Positions 40,161 through 49,782 of a stretch of DNA of 64,000 bases are shown in pieces. The position numbers and the translations under genes were made by a program. The stretch spans positions 1,120,001 through 1,184,000 of the forward strand of contig OZ242274.1 of the NCBI GenBank assembly GCA_965207375.1, written 5' to 3'. Under the pieces are notes generated by a model, which was not told the origin of the DNA, made no database searches, and was given only the letters and a program-made list of their open reading frames with translations. This DNA comes from Nitrosopumilaceae archaeon (GTDB lineage Archaea; Thermoproteota; Nitrososphaeria; Nitrososphaerales; Nitrosopumilaceae). The stretch's first letter is position 1, and the number at the start of each line of letters is the position of its first letter.

Positions 40161-41072
40161 ATGCTTGCTGATCTGAAAAAAGGAAAACGAGGCGCAATTG
40201 CCAAGGCAATATCGCTAGTTGAAAATGATCAAAAAGGAGCACGCAAATTGATAAAAGAAATTTTTGCAGATTCTGGCAAATCAATTGTAATAGGTATAAC
40301 GGGTCCTGCAGGCGCAGGTAAGAGCTCTTTAATTAATAAAACCATAACAGAGCTTCGAAAACTAAAAACAAAACCTGCAGTTTTAGCAGTTGATCCTACC
40401 AGTCATCTAACAGGCGGTGCAATCTTGGGAGACCGAGTTAGAATGAGCGAATCAACCGATTCAGGCACCTATATTCGAAGCATTGCATCTCGGGGTTCAA
40501 CAGGGGCAGTATCTCGTTCGCTACGAAACAGTATAAGGGTTTTAGAGTATGCAGGATTTAATCCAATTATTATAGAAAGTGTAGGTGCCGGACAAACAGA
40601 GGTTGAAATATCAAACATTGCAGACATTACAATTGTAGTTTTTAACCCCCATACCGGAGACAGTATTCAGACAATTAAGGCAGGCCTTACTGAAATTGGA
40701 GACATGTACGTTGTCAATAAATTTGACCTAGATGGGGCGGCTAATCTATTTGATGCAGTACAAGACTATATTGGCGCATCAGATAAAAAACCAATAATTC
40801 TAAAAACATCTACAAAAAAAAACACAGGAATCAAAGCATTTGCAAAAAATCTCAAAGAGATGATGGCCTTAAAAAAGGCTGAGAAAAAACAAAACGAATC
40901 TGCACGATTAGAGGCAGAGCTACGTGGTATTGTTTTAAATAACATAAATGAACGAATCGATATGATGCTTGATTCTAACAAATCATATTTGGCAAATCTT
41001 AAAAAACTAAAGGCAAAAAGCATTGATCCATTTGCAGCAGGTGATAAAATATCAAAGTCAATACTAGGGTGA
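40161..41072 (+). CDS. meaB: Methylmalonyl-CoA mutase-associated GTPase MeaB
   Basis: GITGPAGAGKSS, AVDPTS, GAILGDRVRM, ESVGAGQTE, NKFD; alternative start at 40143. Confidence 0.93.
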   Translation: MLADLKKGKRGAIAKAISLVENDQKGARKLIKEIFADSGKSIVIGITGPAGAGKSSLINKTITELRKLKTKPAVLAVDPTSHLTGGAILGDRVRMSESTDSGTYIRSIASRGSTGAVSRSLRNSIRVLEYAGFNPIIIESVGAGQTEVEISNIADITIVVFNPHTGDSIQTIKAGLTEIGDMYVVNKFDLDGAANLFDAVQDYIGASDKKPIILKTSTKKNTGIKAFAKNLKEMMALKKAEKKQNESARLEAELRGIVLNNINERIDMMLDSNKSYLANLKKLKAKSIDPFAAGDKISKSILG

Positions 41073-41079
41073 TGACATT

Positions 41080-42666
41080 ATGAAATCAAAGAGTACGCAA
41101 GAAAAGAAGATTTTTACGGATTCAAACTTTTCTGTAAAGCGAATTTATAAAAAATCATCAAAAAACAGACCGTCTCAGGATGCAGGAAAATACCCCTTTA
41201 TGCGTGGAATTCATGCCGGAATGTATCGCGATAGATTCTGGACCATGCGTCAATATTCTGGATTTGGAGATGCCAAGCTTACAAATGAGCGATTCAAGTT
41301 TATGCTGCAAAAGGGGCAGACAGGTCTGAGTATGGCCTTTGATCTTCCCACACAAATAGGACATGATCCTGACTCGACTCCTGCAGAAGGTGAGGTGGGA
41401 AAGGTAGGAGTTTCAATTGCATCAGTCAAAGACATGATGACTGCATTTGATGGAATTCCACTAGGCCGGGTCAGCTCATCTATGACGATTAATTCCACTG
41501 CATCAACGCTGTTGGCATATTATGTAATAGTTGGAGAGTCACAAGGATTCAAAAGCCAGCAGCTGCGAGGTACCACTCAAAACGACATTCTCAAAGAATA
41601 CATTGCAAGAAATACTTACATTTATCCACCACAGCCTTCGATGCGACTAATCGGGGACATGATTCAATATTGTGCACAAAATGTACCGCAATGGTATCCT
41701 GTTTCAATTTCTGGCTATCATATGAGGGAGGCAGGATGTACTGCAACACAGGAAATAGCATTTACTCTTGCAAATGCAATTGCTTACATTCAAACATGCA
41801 TTGATAGAGGACTTGACATTGATGACTTTGCACCGCGGCTTTCGTTTTTCTTTTGCTGTACGATAGAGTTCTTTGAAGAGGTTGCCAAATTTCGTGTTGC
41901 AAGAAAGGTTTATGCAAAAATTCTCAAAGAAATGTTTGGCGCAAAAGATCCAAAATCCATGCAGTTAAAATTCCACACTCAAACTAGCGGCGAATCACTT
42001 ACTGCCCAACAACCAGACAACAATATAGTCAGAGTTGCAATCCAGACAATGGCTGCAGTCATGGGGGGCACCCAATCACTTCACACAAACTCTAGAGACG
42101 AGGCTTTGGCATTGCCTACTCAGGAATCTGCCAAAATCGCCCTTAGAACTCAGCAAATTGTTGCACATGAAAGTGGGGTGACAAAAACCGTTGATCCGAT
42201 GGCAGGTTCACACTATCTTGAGGAATTATGTGACCAAATAGAGGACGGCGTCTGGAAGTATCTTAAGAAAATTCAAAAAATGGGAGGCTCTGTAAAGGCA
42301 ATTGAGAAGGGATTTTTCCAGTCCGAAATCAGGCAAAATGCATACCGCCTTAAAAAGGAAGCAGATGACGGCGACAGGATTCTAGTTGGAGTTAACAAGT
42401 ATGTCGAAGAAGAAACACAGCCGGATTTGCTACGTATAGATGATAAAATTGAAATTCAACAAAAAAAGGCCCTAAAAAAGCTGTATGGTTTTAGAGATTC
42501 AGCAAAGGTGCAAAAGGCACTCTCTGCAGTAAAGGCAGCAGCAGATACTGATGAAAATTTAATGCCATATATTATCGGGGCTGCAAAAGCCTATGCAACA
42601 ACTGGGGAAATCAGCAACTCATTTCGTGAAGTCTTTGGGGAGTATAGACCAAGGGAGGTATTTTAG
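41080..42666 (+). CDS. Methylmalonyl-CoA mutase large subunit
   Basis: WTMRQYSGFG, GLSMAFDLPT, QNDILKEY, SISGYH, HTQTSG, QSLHTN. Confidence 0.96.
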   Translation: MKSKSTQEKKIFTDSNFSVKRIYKKSSKNRPSQDAGKYPFMRGIHAGMYRDRFWTMRQYSGFGDAKLTNERFKFMLQKGQTGLSMAFDLPTQIGHDPDSTPAEGEVGKVGVSIASVKDMMTAFDGIPLGRVSSSMTINSTASTLLAYYVIVGESQGFKSQQLRGTTQNDILKEYIARNTYIYPPQPSMRLIGDMIQYCAQNVPQWYPVSISGYHMREAGCTATQEIAFTLANAIAYIQTCIDRGLDIDDFAPRLSFFFCCTIEFFEEVAKFRVARKVYAKILKEMFGAKDPKSMQLKFHTQTSGESLTAQQPDNNIVRVAIQTMAAVMGGTQSLHTNSRDEALALPTQESAKIALRTQQIVAHESGVTKTVDPMAGSHYLEELCDQIEDGVWKYLKKIQKMGGSVKAIEKGFFQSEIRQNAYRLKKEADDGDRILVGVNKYVEEETQPDLLRIDDKIEIQQKKALKKLYGFRDSAKVQKALSAVKAAADTDENLMPYIIGAAKAYATTGEISNSFREVFGEYRPREVF

Positions 42667-43065
42667 GTGAAGATAGATCATATTGCAATTGCAGTACATG
42701 ACGTGGAGGCATCTGCCAAGGTGTACCAAGAAGCATTAGGTGTTGACAAGGTAGAATTTGAAACGGTCAAAACAGAAAGAGTCCGAATTGCAATAATAAA
42801 ACTAGAAAATGGCAGAATTGAGCTAATGCAGCCAACTGACGACTCTAGCCCCATCAAGAAATTTTTAGAAAAAAAAGGGCAGGGCCTGCATCACATGGCA
42901 TTGCAGACAGATGATATAGACGGAGAGGTCATTCGAATGGAGGGCTGTGGTATTGAGTTTTTAGGAAAAGTCAGGCCCGGTTCAGAAGGCACTAGGGTTA
43001 CCTTTGTTCATCCAAAATCATTACACGGTGTCTTGGCTGAGCTGTGCTCACATCCAAAAGTGTAA
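42667..43065 (+). CDS. mce: Methylmalonyl-CoA epimerase
   Basis: IDHIAIAV, IELMQP, GLHHMAL, FVHPKSLHGVLAEL; GTG start directly after the mutase gene. Confidence 0.94.
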   Translation: MKIDHIAIAVHDVEASAKVYQEALGVDKVEFETVKTERVRIAIIKLENGRIELMQPTDDSSPIKKFLEKKGQGLHHMALQTDDIDGEVIRMEGCGIEFLGKVRPGSEGTRVTFVHPKSLHGVLAELCSHPKV

Positions 43066-43179
43066 CAATATCACAAATCAATTCTCAATTGATCTAAGAT
43101 ACATAGGTGTATCTTGGTTGCCAAATGAATTTTTTTTGCATTTTGGTAAAATTCTTTTCTCGCTTTAGATTGATTCAAA

Positions 43180-45768
43180 CTAGACAAAAAATTCTTTTGC
43201 GCCTTTTTTAGTTAGTTCTTTATTTTTTGTTTGACAATAATTGGTAGTGAACGTGCATTTTGGACATCCTCCCCAATCTTTGTCTTTTTGATTTTTATCT
43301 GTTGGACAGTCACAATCATTCAAAAGTGATCTGCTTATGTCAAGTATTTTTTCAAACTGATCATAGATGATCTTACTGCATCCATTAAATCCATCCGATG
43401 AGTTATCGTATATGTAAATTGCACCCTTCTCGTAATGTGCATCTATATCGCTTGATTCTGATTTTGTCAAAATTTTACCTGCATTAACTAGAAGATGCAA
43501 TATGGTGTGGATTTTAGGACAATCTGCTATGGAATTTGAATCTGAAATATATTCTGACGAAAGCATTATGCTAACTGCAGAATGCTTTGATTCCCAATGA
43601 AAATTATTCCATGATGGCGTGTTGCCTTCTCCATATCTTTGATACTTGTCTACTGATTCGTTATAGTTTCCTTTCATATATCCTGTGATTGTTTTATCTA
43701 GTGAGATTATTCCGTAACGTAATGCTGTCTTTTTATTTTTGATTTTAGTTTCTCTATAGATTGCCTTATCTTCAAATATCTGACTAATTGCTGTTTTGAC
43801 AATTGGAATTGTCATTTTTTGTCTTTCGTATGATTTAACAAGATGCGCTCTAACTTCGTTTTGAGCTTTGATCAGAGACTTTACTTCATAGTTTTGTTTG
43901 TTAAAGTGATAAATTGCATTTTGGTATAGTTGGTAATATCCTGCAGGCACACTTCTAGTGCCTATTTTTTTTGAGTTATAGTATATTGCAATATCTCCTG
44001 ATGCTCCACGCAAATTAGAACTATTTGCAAAGTCAAAGAACTTAGCCTTGTCTGGATTACCTGCAGCCTGATTTTCTATATCTGTTGATTTTTCGTGTTT
44101 TTCTGATATGATCGGGTTTTCTTTGTTAATTGAAATTACATGATCTTGCGACAAGTATTCGTCAACATGTCGTGCAAAATAATGACATGCAGCATCGTCT
44201 GGATCAAATACGCAAATGGCATATGATTCTTGGCCTTTTCTTCCTGCTCTGCCGATTCTTTGAATAAAAGAATCAAACTCATTTTTGAATGCAGATATGA
44301 CTACATCCACATGTCCTATGTCTATGCCTAATTCTAGTGTAGGTGTACATGATAATACGTCAAGTTCTCCCACCTTCATTTGGGTTTCATATAACTTTCT
44401 GTCGCTTTGATCTAATCCCCCTCTGTGAATTTGTATTCTAATTCCCTTGTTTGTCTCCTCTACATTTGATGCAAGAAACTCTGCGTCGTTGTGCGAGTTG
44501 CTAAAGACTAGCTGCTTTGATTTGTTCTTGTAGCAAATAGCTGATAGCATCTCCATGGTTGTTCTTTGTTTGAATTTTCTTGGCATTACAAAAAACATGT
44601 GCATGTTTTGCCTTCTTCTAAACCTGCTTTTGATGTATGTAAATGAGGATCCTGGAAGATCAAACATGTTTGAAAAAAATTCTTTTGAATTATCTAGTGT
44701 TGCAGAGGATCCCACAAATTGAACCTTACCCATGTGCCGCCTCATTCTTTTTAATACCTGGTATACATTAGAGCCATAAAAGCTAGTGTAAGAATGCGCC
44801 TCATCCATTATTATGATTTTTGCGTTTTTAAATAGAATATTCCATTTTTTGTCTTGTAAAATTAGATGATAGTTGATGAAATCAAAATTGGTTGCAAGGA
44901 TTAGGGATTTTTTGCTAGCGTTTGAGATTATCATGTCTTTGTAAGCTGTACTTTGACCTCCATGAATGGAGTATGCTGCCATTTTACTGTCTAGTTTGCA
45001 TTTTTGAATCAAGTTTGAAATTTTAGACACTTGATCATCAATTAATGCATTGAGCGGATATACAAGCAGTGTAAAAACTCCTGGTGTGGGATTCTCTGAG
45101 ATTTTCTGCAAAATCGGAATTACAAACGCCTCTGTTTTACCTGCGCCTGTGGGTGCCGAAATTAGGGAATTTTCACCCTTTAGAATTGCCCTTATTGATT
45201 CTTCTTGAAATGGTAGCAATCCTGTCAATCCACATTGTCTTAATCCTTGGATAATATTTTCAGACAATACGTCACTTGTAGCCTCAATGGGAATTTTTTC
45301 AGCCTCTGGTGCTACCAATCTTTCATAATGAATTAGTGCAAGTGATTTTTCTTTATGGCCTTTAATTATTTCTCGAATTATTAGATTCTCGTCAATTAAA
45401 GATTTTGGAATTTTAGAAATATCATATAATGTGCTTTGAGGCAGAAATATCTCATCTGTTTGTTCTTTGAGGATTGTGTTTTCTTTGTTTTCATCTAAAT
45501 GTTGTAATTTTATTTGGCCATCACATCTGTGAGGTTCACCTGTTTTAAAATCCATGGGGATGAATTTGCCACTATCTGACTTGAATTCTTCATCCCAGTA
45601 AATTTTTGCACCGCATCCTTTGAAGCATTGTTTTGTTTTTCCAGAATAATTCATTTTGTAAATTGGTTCTTTGATTTTTTCAGGATCGCAGCTAGGACAC
45701 ACTCTTGGACCTCCCAAGTCCTCATAGTTTTGTACGAGTCTGGCATCACAATTGGGACAAAACTTCAT
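43180..45768 (-). CDS. DEAH-box helicase with C-terminal DUF1998 (Hrq1/MrfA/SftH-like) and N-terminal zinc ribbons
   Basis: APTGAGKT, YPLNALIDDQ, DEAH, SAT, TLELGIDIG, QRIGRAGR, CDC...GCPKC. Confidence 0.9.
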   Translation of the reverse strand: MKFCPNCDARLVQNYEDLGGPRVCPSCDPEKIKEPIYKMNYSGKTKQCFKGCGAKIYWDEEFKSDSGKFIPMDFKTGEPHRCDGQIKLQHLDENKENTILKEQTDEIFLPQSTLYDISKIPKSLIDENLIIREIIKGHKEKSLALIHYERLVAPEAEKIPIEATSDVLSENIIQGLRQCGLTGLLPFQEESIRAILKGENSLISAPTGAGKTEAFVIPILQKISENPTPGVFTLLVYPLNALIDDQVSKISNLIQKCKLDSKMAAYSIHGGQSTAYKDMIISNASKKSLILATNFDFINYHLILQDKKWNILFKNAKIIIMDEAHSYTSFYGSNVYQVLKRMRRHMGKVQFVGSSATLDNSKEFFSNMFDLPGSSFTYIKSRFRRRQNMHMFFVMPRKFKQRTTMEMLSAICYKNKSKQLVFSNSHNDAEFLASNVEETNKGIRIQIHRGGLDQSDRKLYETQMKVGELDVLSCTPTLELGIDIGHVDVVISAFKNEFDSFIQRIGRAGRKGQESYAICVFDPDDAACHYFARHVDEYLSQDHVISINKENPIISEKHEKSTDIENQAAGNPDKAKFFDFANSSNLRGASGDIAIYYNSKKIGTRSVPAGYYQLYQNAIYHFNKQNYEVKSLIKAQNEVRAHLVKSYERQKMTIPIVKTAISQIFEDKAIYRETKIKNKKTALRYGIISLDKTITGYMKGNYNESVDKYQRYGEGNTPSWNNFHWESKHSAVSIMLSSEYISDSNSIADCPKIHTILHLLVNAGKILTKSESSDIDAHYEKGAIYIYDNSSDGFNGCSKIIYDQFEKILDISRSLLNDCDCPTDKNQKDKDWGGCPKCTFTTNYCQTKNKELTKKGAKEFFV

Positions 45769-45884
45769 GAATACACTTTAGGATAAAACTACTATTAATG
45801 AATTGATAAGCATCAAAACAATAGATAATGGTGATGTGCGCAAATCTGTGTGTAACAAATTATTTAATTCACACTCATTTGGTG

Positions 45885-46100
45885 CAGACACAGAACATAT
45901 CGTTGTAATCATTTGTTTTTTATTTCTGTTTTCATGCGCAACATGTGGGCATTGACACGATATGATGAGGTCACACACTCAAGCATTACCATGAGACAGA
46001 TGATAGGTGCAGTCATGGTGTGTGCTTTAGAATATATTAGAATTGTCGGAATGCCGTACGATGCAGGTGGCACAAGTTAGGGGCGAATTTCCATCTACTG
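45885..46100 (+). mobile_element. ISH3-family right-end remnant, copy 2
   Basis: TQNISL*SFV/FFISVFMRNMWALTRYD...GGTS* resembles the ISH3 transposase C-terminus; ends GAATTTCCATCTACTG (reverse complement CAGT...). Confidence 0.65.
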
Positions 46101-46793
46101 AAGTAGGCATCAAGTGCATCTAGAATCGCCCATGATTCTATTCGTGCGTGTTCCATGCCGCCCCTGTACGCAAAGACACGATTACATTTTTTGCACTGGT
46201 ATCGCTGTGTAATACCGTTTTTACGCAGTATATGACCATATTTTATGAGGCGGTCGTGACCGCAATGCATACAGTGTGATGGAATCTCTATTAGAACTAT
46301 TTCTGTGGTTTTTTCAGTGTTGTCATCTGTATCTTTGAGCTGTTTGTTCTTGCAAGGCAGCTTAGCTGCATCTTTGGATTGTTCATCAATTATTGTCTCT
46401 GCATCTCTGTCTACAGTATCTGCAATTACTGCTAGGATATGCTTGCATTGAGCCTGTCTGTATTTGTGATCTGGACAGTCACATGACCAGGAATTTTTTT
46501 TTCTGTATCACGGTATATCTGATGTTGTCCTTAGATTGGGACTGTACTGTGTAATGGTTATGCCTGATTTTTTTTATTGCATTTGATGTTTCTAGTATTT
46601 TCAAGGCACGGTTTCCACGCCCTTGTGCCCCCTTACTCCAGGATACGCGTGTACTCATCCATCTAGTAACTCTTGCCATTTTGTCAGTACTGCGCGTAAG
46701 CAGTACTGATGTCTTGTTTCGTATAGCCTCAAATTTTTCGTGTAGTTTAAATTTTGATCCTGTATATGATTTTTGATGTGTTAGTCCCATCAT
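46101..46793 (-). pseudogene. N-terminal half of a SWIM-containing IS6-like transposase, frameshifted and truncated
   Basis: YTVQSQS, then a frame shift in T9 (46494-46502), WSCDCPDH...CKHI (SWIM), CMHC...QRYQCKKC, ALDAYFS, then the ISH3 end. Confidence 0.75.
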
Positions 46794-46924
46794 TGCTAAA
46801 TCCGATGGGACTACATGTCGTGATACATTTGGATCATGTGGGTTAACAAATTTTGAAAAAATGGTTAAATTTTTGATCTCTTTTACCTGTACAAAAGCAA
46901 ATTATGCTGCAATTGAAGAAATTT

Positions 46925-46989
46925 TAGGCACGGGCAATTCGGAGAAAATTTGCATATTGACTTTGACCAACAGTTAACGCTGGAGAATC
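46925..46989 (+). repeat. 65-bp direct repeat, copy 1
   Basis: TAGGCACGGGCAAT...GCTGGAGAATC, repeated 700 bp downstream. Confidence 0.85.
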
Positions 46990-47044
46990 AGACGAAGAAT
47001 ACATTTCCATAAGAGGTAAACAAAATTATCTTTTTGCAGAGATT

Positions 47045-47506
47045 GATTATGATACCCGATTTTTACTAGCATGGGAGGTTGTAGACTGCAAGGACGGACA
47101 CAATGCAGAAAATCTACTCAAAGCTGCAGCAGCCCGTGCCGGAAAGAAACCTACAGAATTTGTAAGCGATGGCCTGCCCTCATATGCACAGGCATTTGAA
47201 TCAGCATATGCTGCACCAAACGCGATACATCAACATTGCACACACATATCAAATGCAGGTATTGCCAAAAAGAACAACAACAATGTCCAGGAAAGATTCA
47301 ACGGGACATTACGTGCTATACAACGGCCTAGGCGCGGCATTAAAAGTAAAAACTCGCCAATATTTGCAGGATGTGATATTTATTACAATTTCATGCGGTG
47401 TCACTCAAGCCTTGGAGGCAGGACACCTGCAGAGGCTGCAGGTATAACTATACACGGACAAAAATGGAGGACAGTAATATCAAACGCTGCACTGTACGTG
47501 CAATAA
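47045..47506 (+). pseudogene. C-terminal DDE half of an IS6-like transposase (no start; not in the ORF track)
   Basis: DTRFLLA, FVSDGLPSY, NNVQERFNG, YYNFMRCHSSLGGRTPAEAAGI, WRTVI. Confidence 0.85.
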
Positions 47507-47624
47507 ACTCTAATGTCAAAGTTACAGGTGTGATGAAACAGTGACAACTCGGAGAAGATTATGTTCTGCTAATGTGTGATTGCTTTGATAATGTGTGATT
47601 GATCTGCTGGTACAGGCAGTAATC

Positions 47625-47689
47625 TAGGCACGGGCAATCCAGAGAAAATTTGTATATTGACTTTTACCAACAATTAATGCTGGAGAATC
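47625..47689 (+). repeat. 65-bp direct repeat, copy 2
   Basis: A few substitutions relative to 46925-46989, no indels. Confidence 0.85.
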
Positions 47690-47720
47690 CTTTCAGACAA
47701 GAAAATAAAACAATGCATCG

Positions 47721-48204
47721 ATAACATCCAAAAACCAGGCAAGATACCCAATGCAAAAAAATTGCGAGAAGAGATCCACAAGATTCACGGCATCAAGTAC
47801 AGCAAATCAGGAATACGAAGGATACTGACCAAAAACGGTCATACCTTCAAAAAAATTATGCCCATTCATGTACGTGCAGCCACAAACGAGGAGGCAGACA
47901 TCTGGCGTAAAAAGAATTTTCCAAAGATTAGAAAACTGTAGAAACAGGGACACAAACTTGTTGCTCTAGATGAGGCATCAGTTGAAATTGATTCAAATTC
48001 CAGATATGGATATTGCAAACGCGGTACGCGGTTGTATGCCACATACAACGGTACAAAGCAAAAAGTGCCTATCATTGGCGCTATGGTAGAAGATGGACGA
48101 TTTATGTTTCGTACAAAACCCAAATTTAATTCACCTATGTTTATAGAATTTTTACGAGATATGCAACGGACAATGGGATCCACAGTAATTGTGATGGATA
48201 ATGG
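47721..48204 (+). pseudogene. IS630-family transposase fragment with internal TAG, truncated by an IS3 end
   Basis: GIKYSKSGIRRIL HTH, ALDEAS, FNSPMFIEFL, VIVMDNG. Confidence 0.8.
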
Positions 48205-48333
48205 TGAGGACCTCGCTATGAGAACACTTGCATTAATACACCTTAAAGTCAATACGGGGGAAGAGAACTTATGGTAAAAAGCAAGTTTACACCAGACCAA
48301 AAAGTACAGATCGTACTAGAATCAGCTATGTAA
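48205..48333 (+). mobile_element. IS3-family left end + OrfA start
   Basis: TG start at the point where the IS630 frame diverges; MVKSKFTPDQKVQIVLES is a typical HTH_Tnp_1 N-terminus. Confidence 0.65.
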
Positions 48334-48432
48334 ATTTCCGAACCGCAGGATGAATTATCTACACCACCAAACTTAATTTCAGAGAACTTTCACTATGTCA
48401 TCTTTATTAGCATACTTTCACCTGAATATGTA

Positions 48433-49782
48433 ATGATTTTGAAAAAGAATCTAAACATGAAACCGGTGATGGCGATCTTGTTTTCAGCATTACTGTTAAT
48501 CCCTGCAATACCTCTTAGCAGTGCAGTTGATGACTCCATTACCGATATGACAGATTCCGAGATACAAAACCCGTTAAAGCAACTTCAAAATGGTGTACCA
48601 CCAGATGAGATTCTGTGCAGGGATGACAGAATACTGATGCTGCGTCCCAACTCAGAATATACCTGTGTCTATACCACATCTGTAGAAAATCTTCAAATGC
48701 AAGAATGGCAATTATCTGTAGTTGCACATATGCAAGATAGTGTAATGTCCAATTCAACCACATTGAAAATCACATCTGAAGATTTTGACCAAAAACAATT
48801 TGGCCATGGCAGTGGGCAAAAGTTAATACCACCTGAAATGATCATAACGTTTCCCACACATGTCAAGGTTGGTCAAACCTTTATGATCAACTATACATAT
48901 TCGTGGATAACAACTGATCAAGACGGTAATGTAAAACCGATTGCATCTATGGGGCCTCTGTTGGAGATGATAGGTGACGAATTACAGAAACCACCAACTG
49001 AAATAGAAATTGCTGAACTAGCAGGATTTTTTGAGATGAATTTTACAATGCGTTGGAGTATGCCCGATGAATTCATTCTGATTTCCCCCGAACCTACACG
49101 CGCAGTCAATTTCCTTGGAGATGCACATGATCCACATGTCCTAAAATTATACTTGTATGATTTACCGTATGATTTTACCAAAATTCATGAAGGTCAATTT
49201 ATAGTGAAAATGGATAAGGAAATGTTACACGACATAGACATTGTTGCATGGAATATCAACGGTGAAAGAATCGAATTATATCCAAAGAAACAGTCAAGTG
49301 GAATAAAATTCGTAACAGAACACGTTGACGCTTCAGAAATATGGGACTATGATAATGGAAGATATTCTGTCATTCCTCCACATACCGGTCCATATGTGCC
49401 GCCACAACCAAAAGAAGAATCGATTGTTGTCGGTGCATCCGTAGATGAGGGCCCAATGTACCTTGAAAAAATACACTGGGACAGCTTTGCAATATTTCTC
49501 AAAGACTTGGTTCAACAAAATGAAAACCCACAAAACATGACACGGTGGCTCTTGGATCAAAACCTTACAGAAAAGTTCGTAAACGATTTTCTGACAGAGT
49601 ATCCAGAGTTTAAAACACAGAACATTCCTAATGGTGTGATGGGTCAGTCTTCCCCACCCACATCTCTTTTTGTTATTGGTAAACTCCTAACATATGACAG
49701 GGATAATAAAGTAATACCGATGCACGATGTCAAGGCAGTGCATTTAAAACAACAAATCATGATTTTCTTTATAATGGTATGA
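48433..49782 (+). CDS. Secreted surface protein, N-terminal part (probably frameshifted into the next ORF)
   Basis: Signal peptide (ILFSALLLIPAIPLSSA); PLKQLQNGV..ILC..TCV module seen in thaumarchaeal exported proteins. Confidence 0.75.
   Translation: MILKKNLNMKPVMAILFSALLLIPAIPLSSAVDDSITDMTDSEIQNPLKQLQNGVPPDEILCRDDRILMLRPNSEYTCVYTTSVENLQMQEWQLSVVAHMQDSVMSNSTTLKITSEDFDQKQFGHGSGQKLIPPEMIITFPTHVKVGQTFMINYTYSWITTDQDGNVKPIASMGPLLEMIGDELQKPPTEIEIAELAGFFEMNFTMRWSMPDEFILISPEPTRAVNFLGDAHDPHVLKLYLYDLPYDFTKIHEGQFIVKMDKEMLHDIDIVAWNINGERIELYPKKQSSGIKFVTEHVDASEIWDYDNGRYSVIPPHTGPYVPPQPKEESIVVGASVDEGPMYLEKIHWDSFAIFLKDLVQQNENPQNMTRWLLDQNLTEKFVNDFLTEYPEFKTQNIPNGVMGQSSPPTSLFVIGKLLTYDRDNKVIPMHDVKAVHLKQQIMIFFIMV

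Noticed and set aside
46494-46502. Programmed -1 frameshift at A9 in the IS6-like gene
   Set aside because: The required shift is +1 and the gene is truncated anyway; slippage mutation or homopolymer error is simpler
46925-47689. 65-bp repeats as a CRISPR array or target-site duplication
   Set aside because: Only two copies, 635 bp between them, and too long for either
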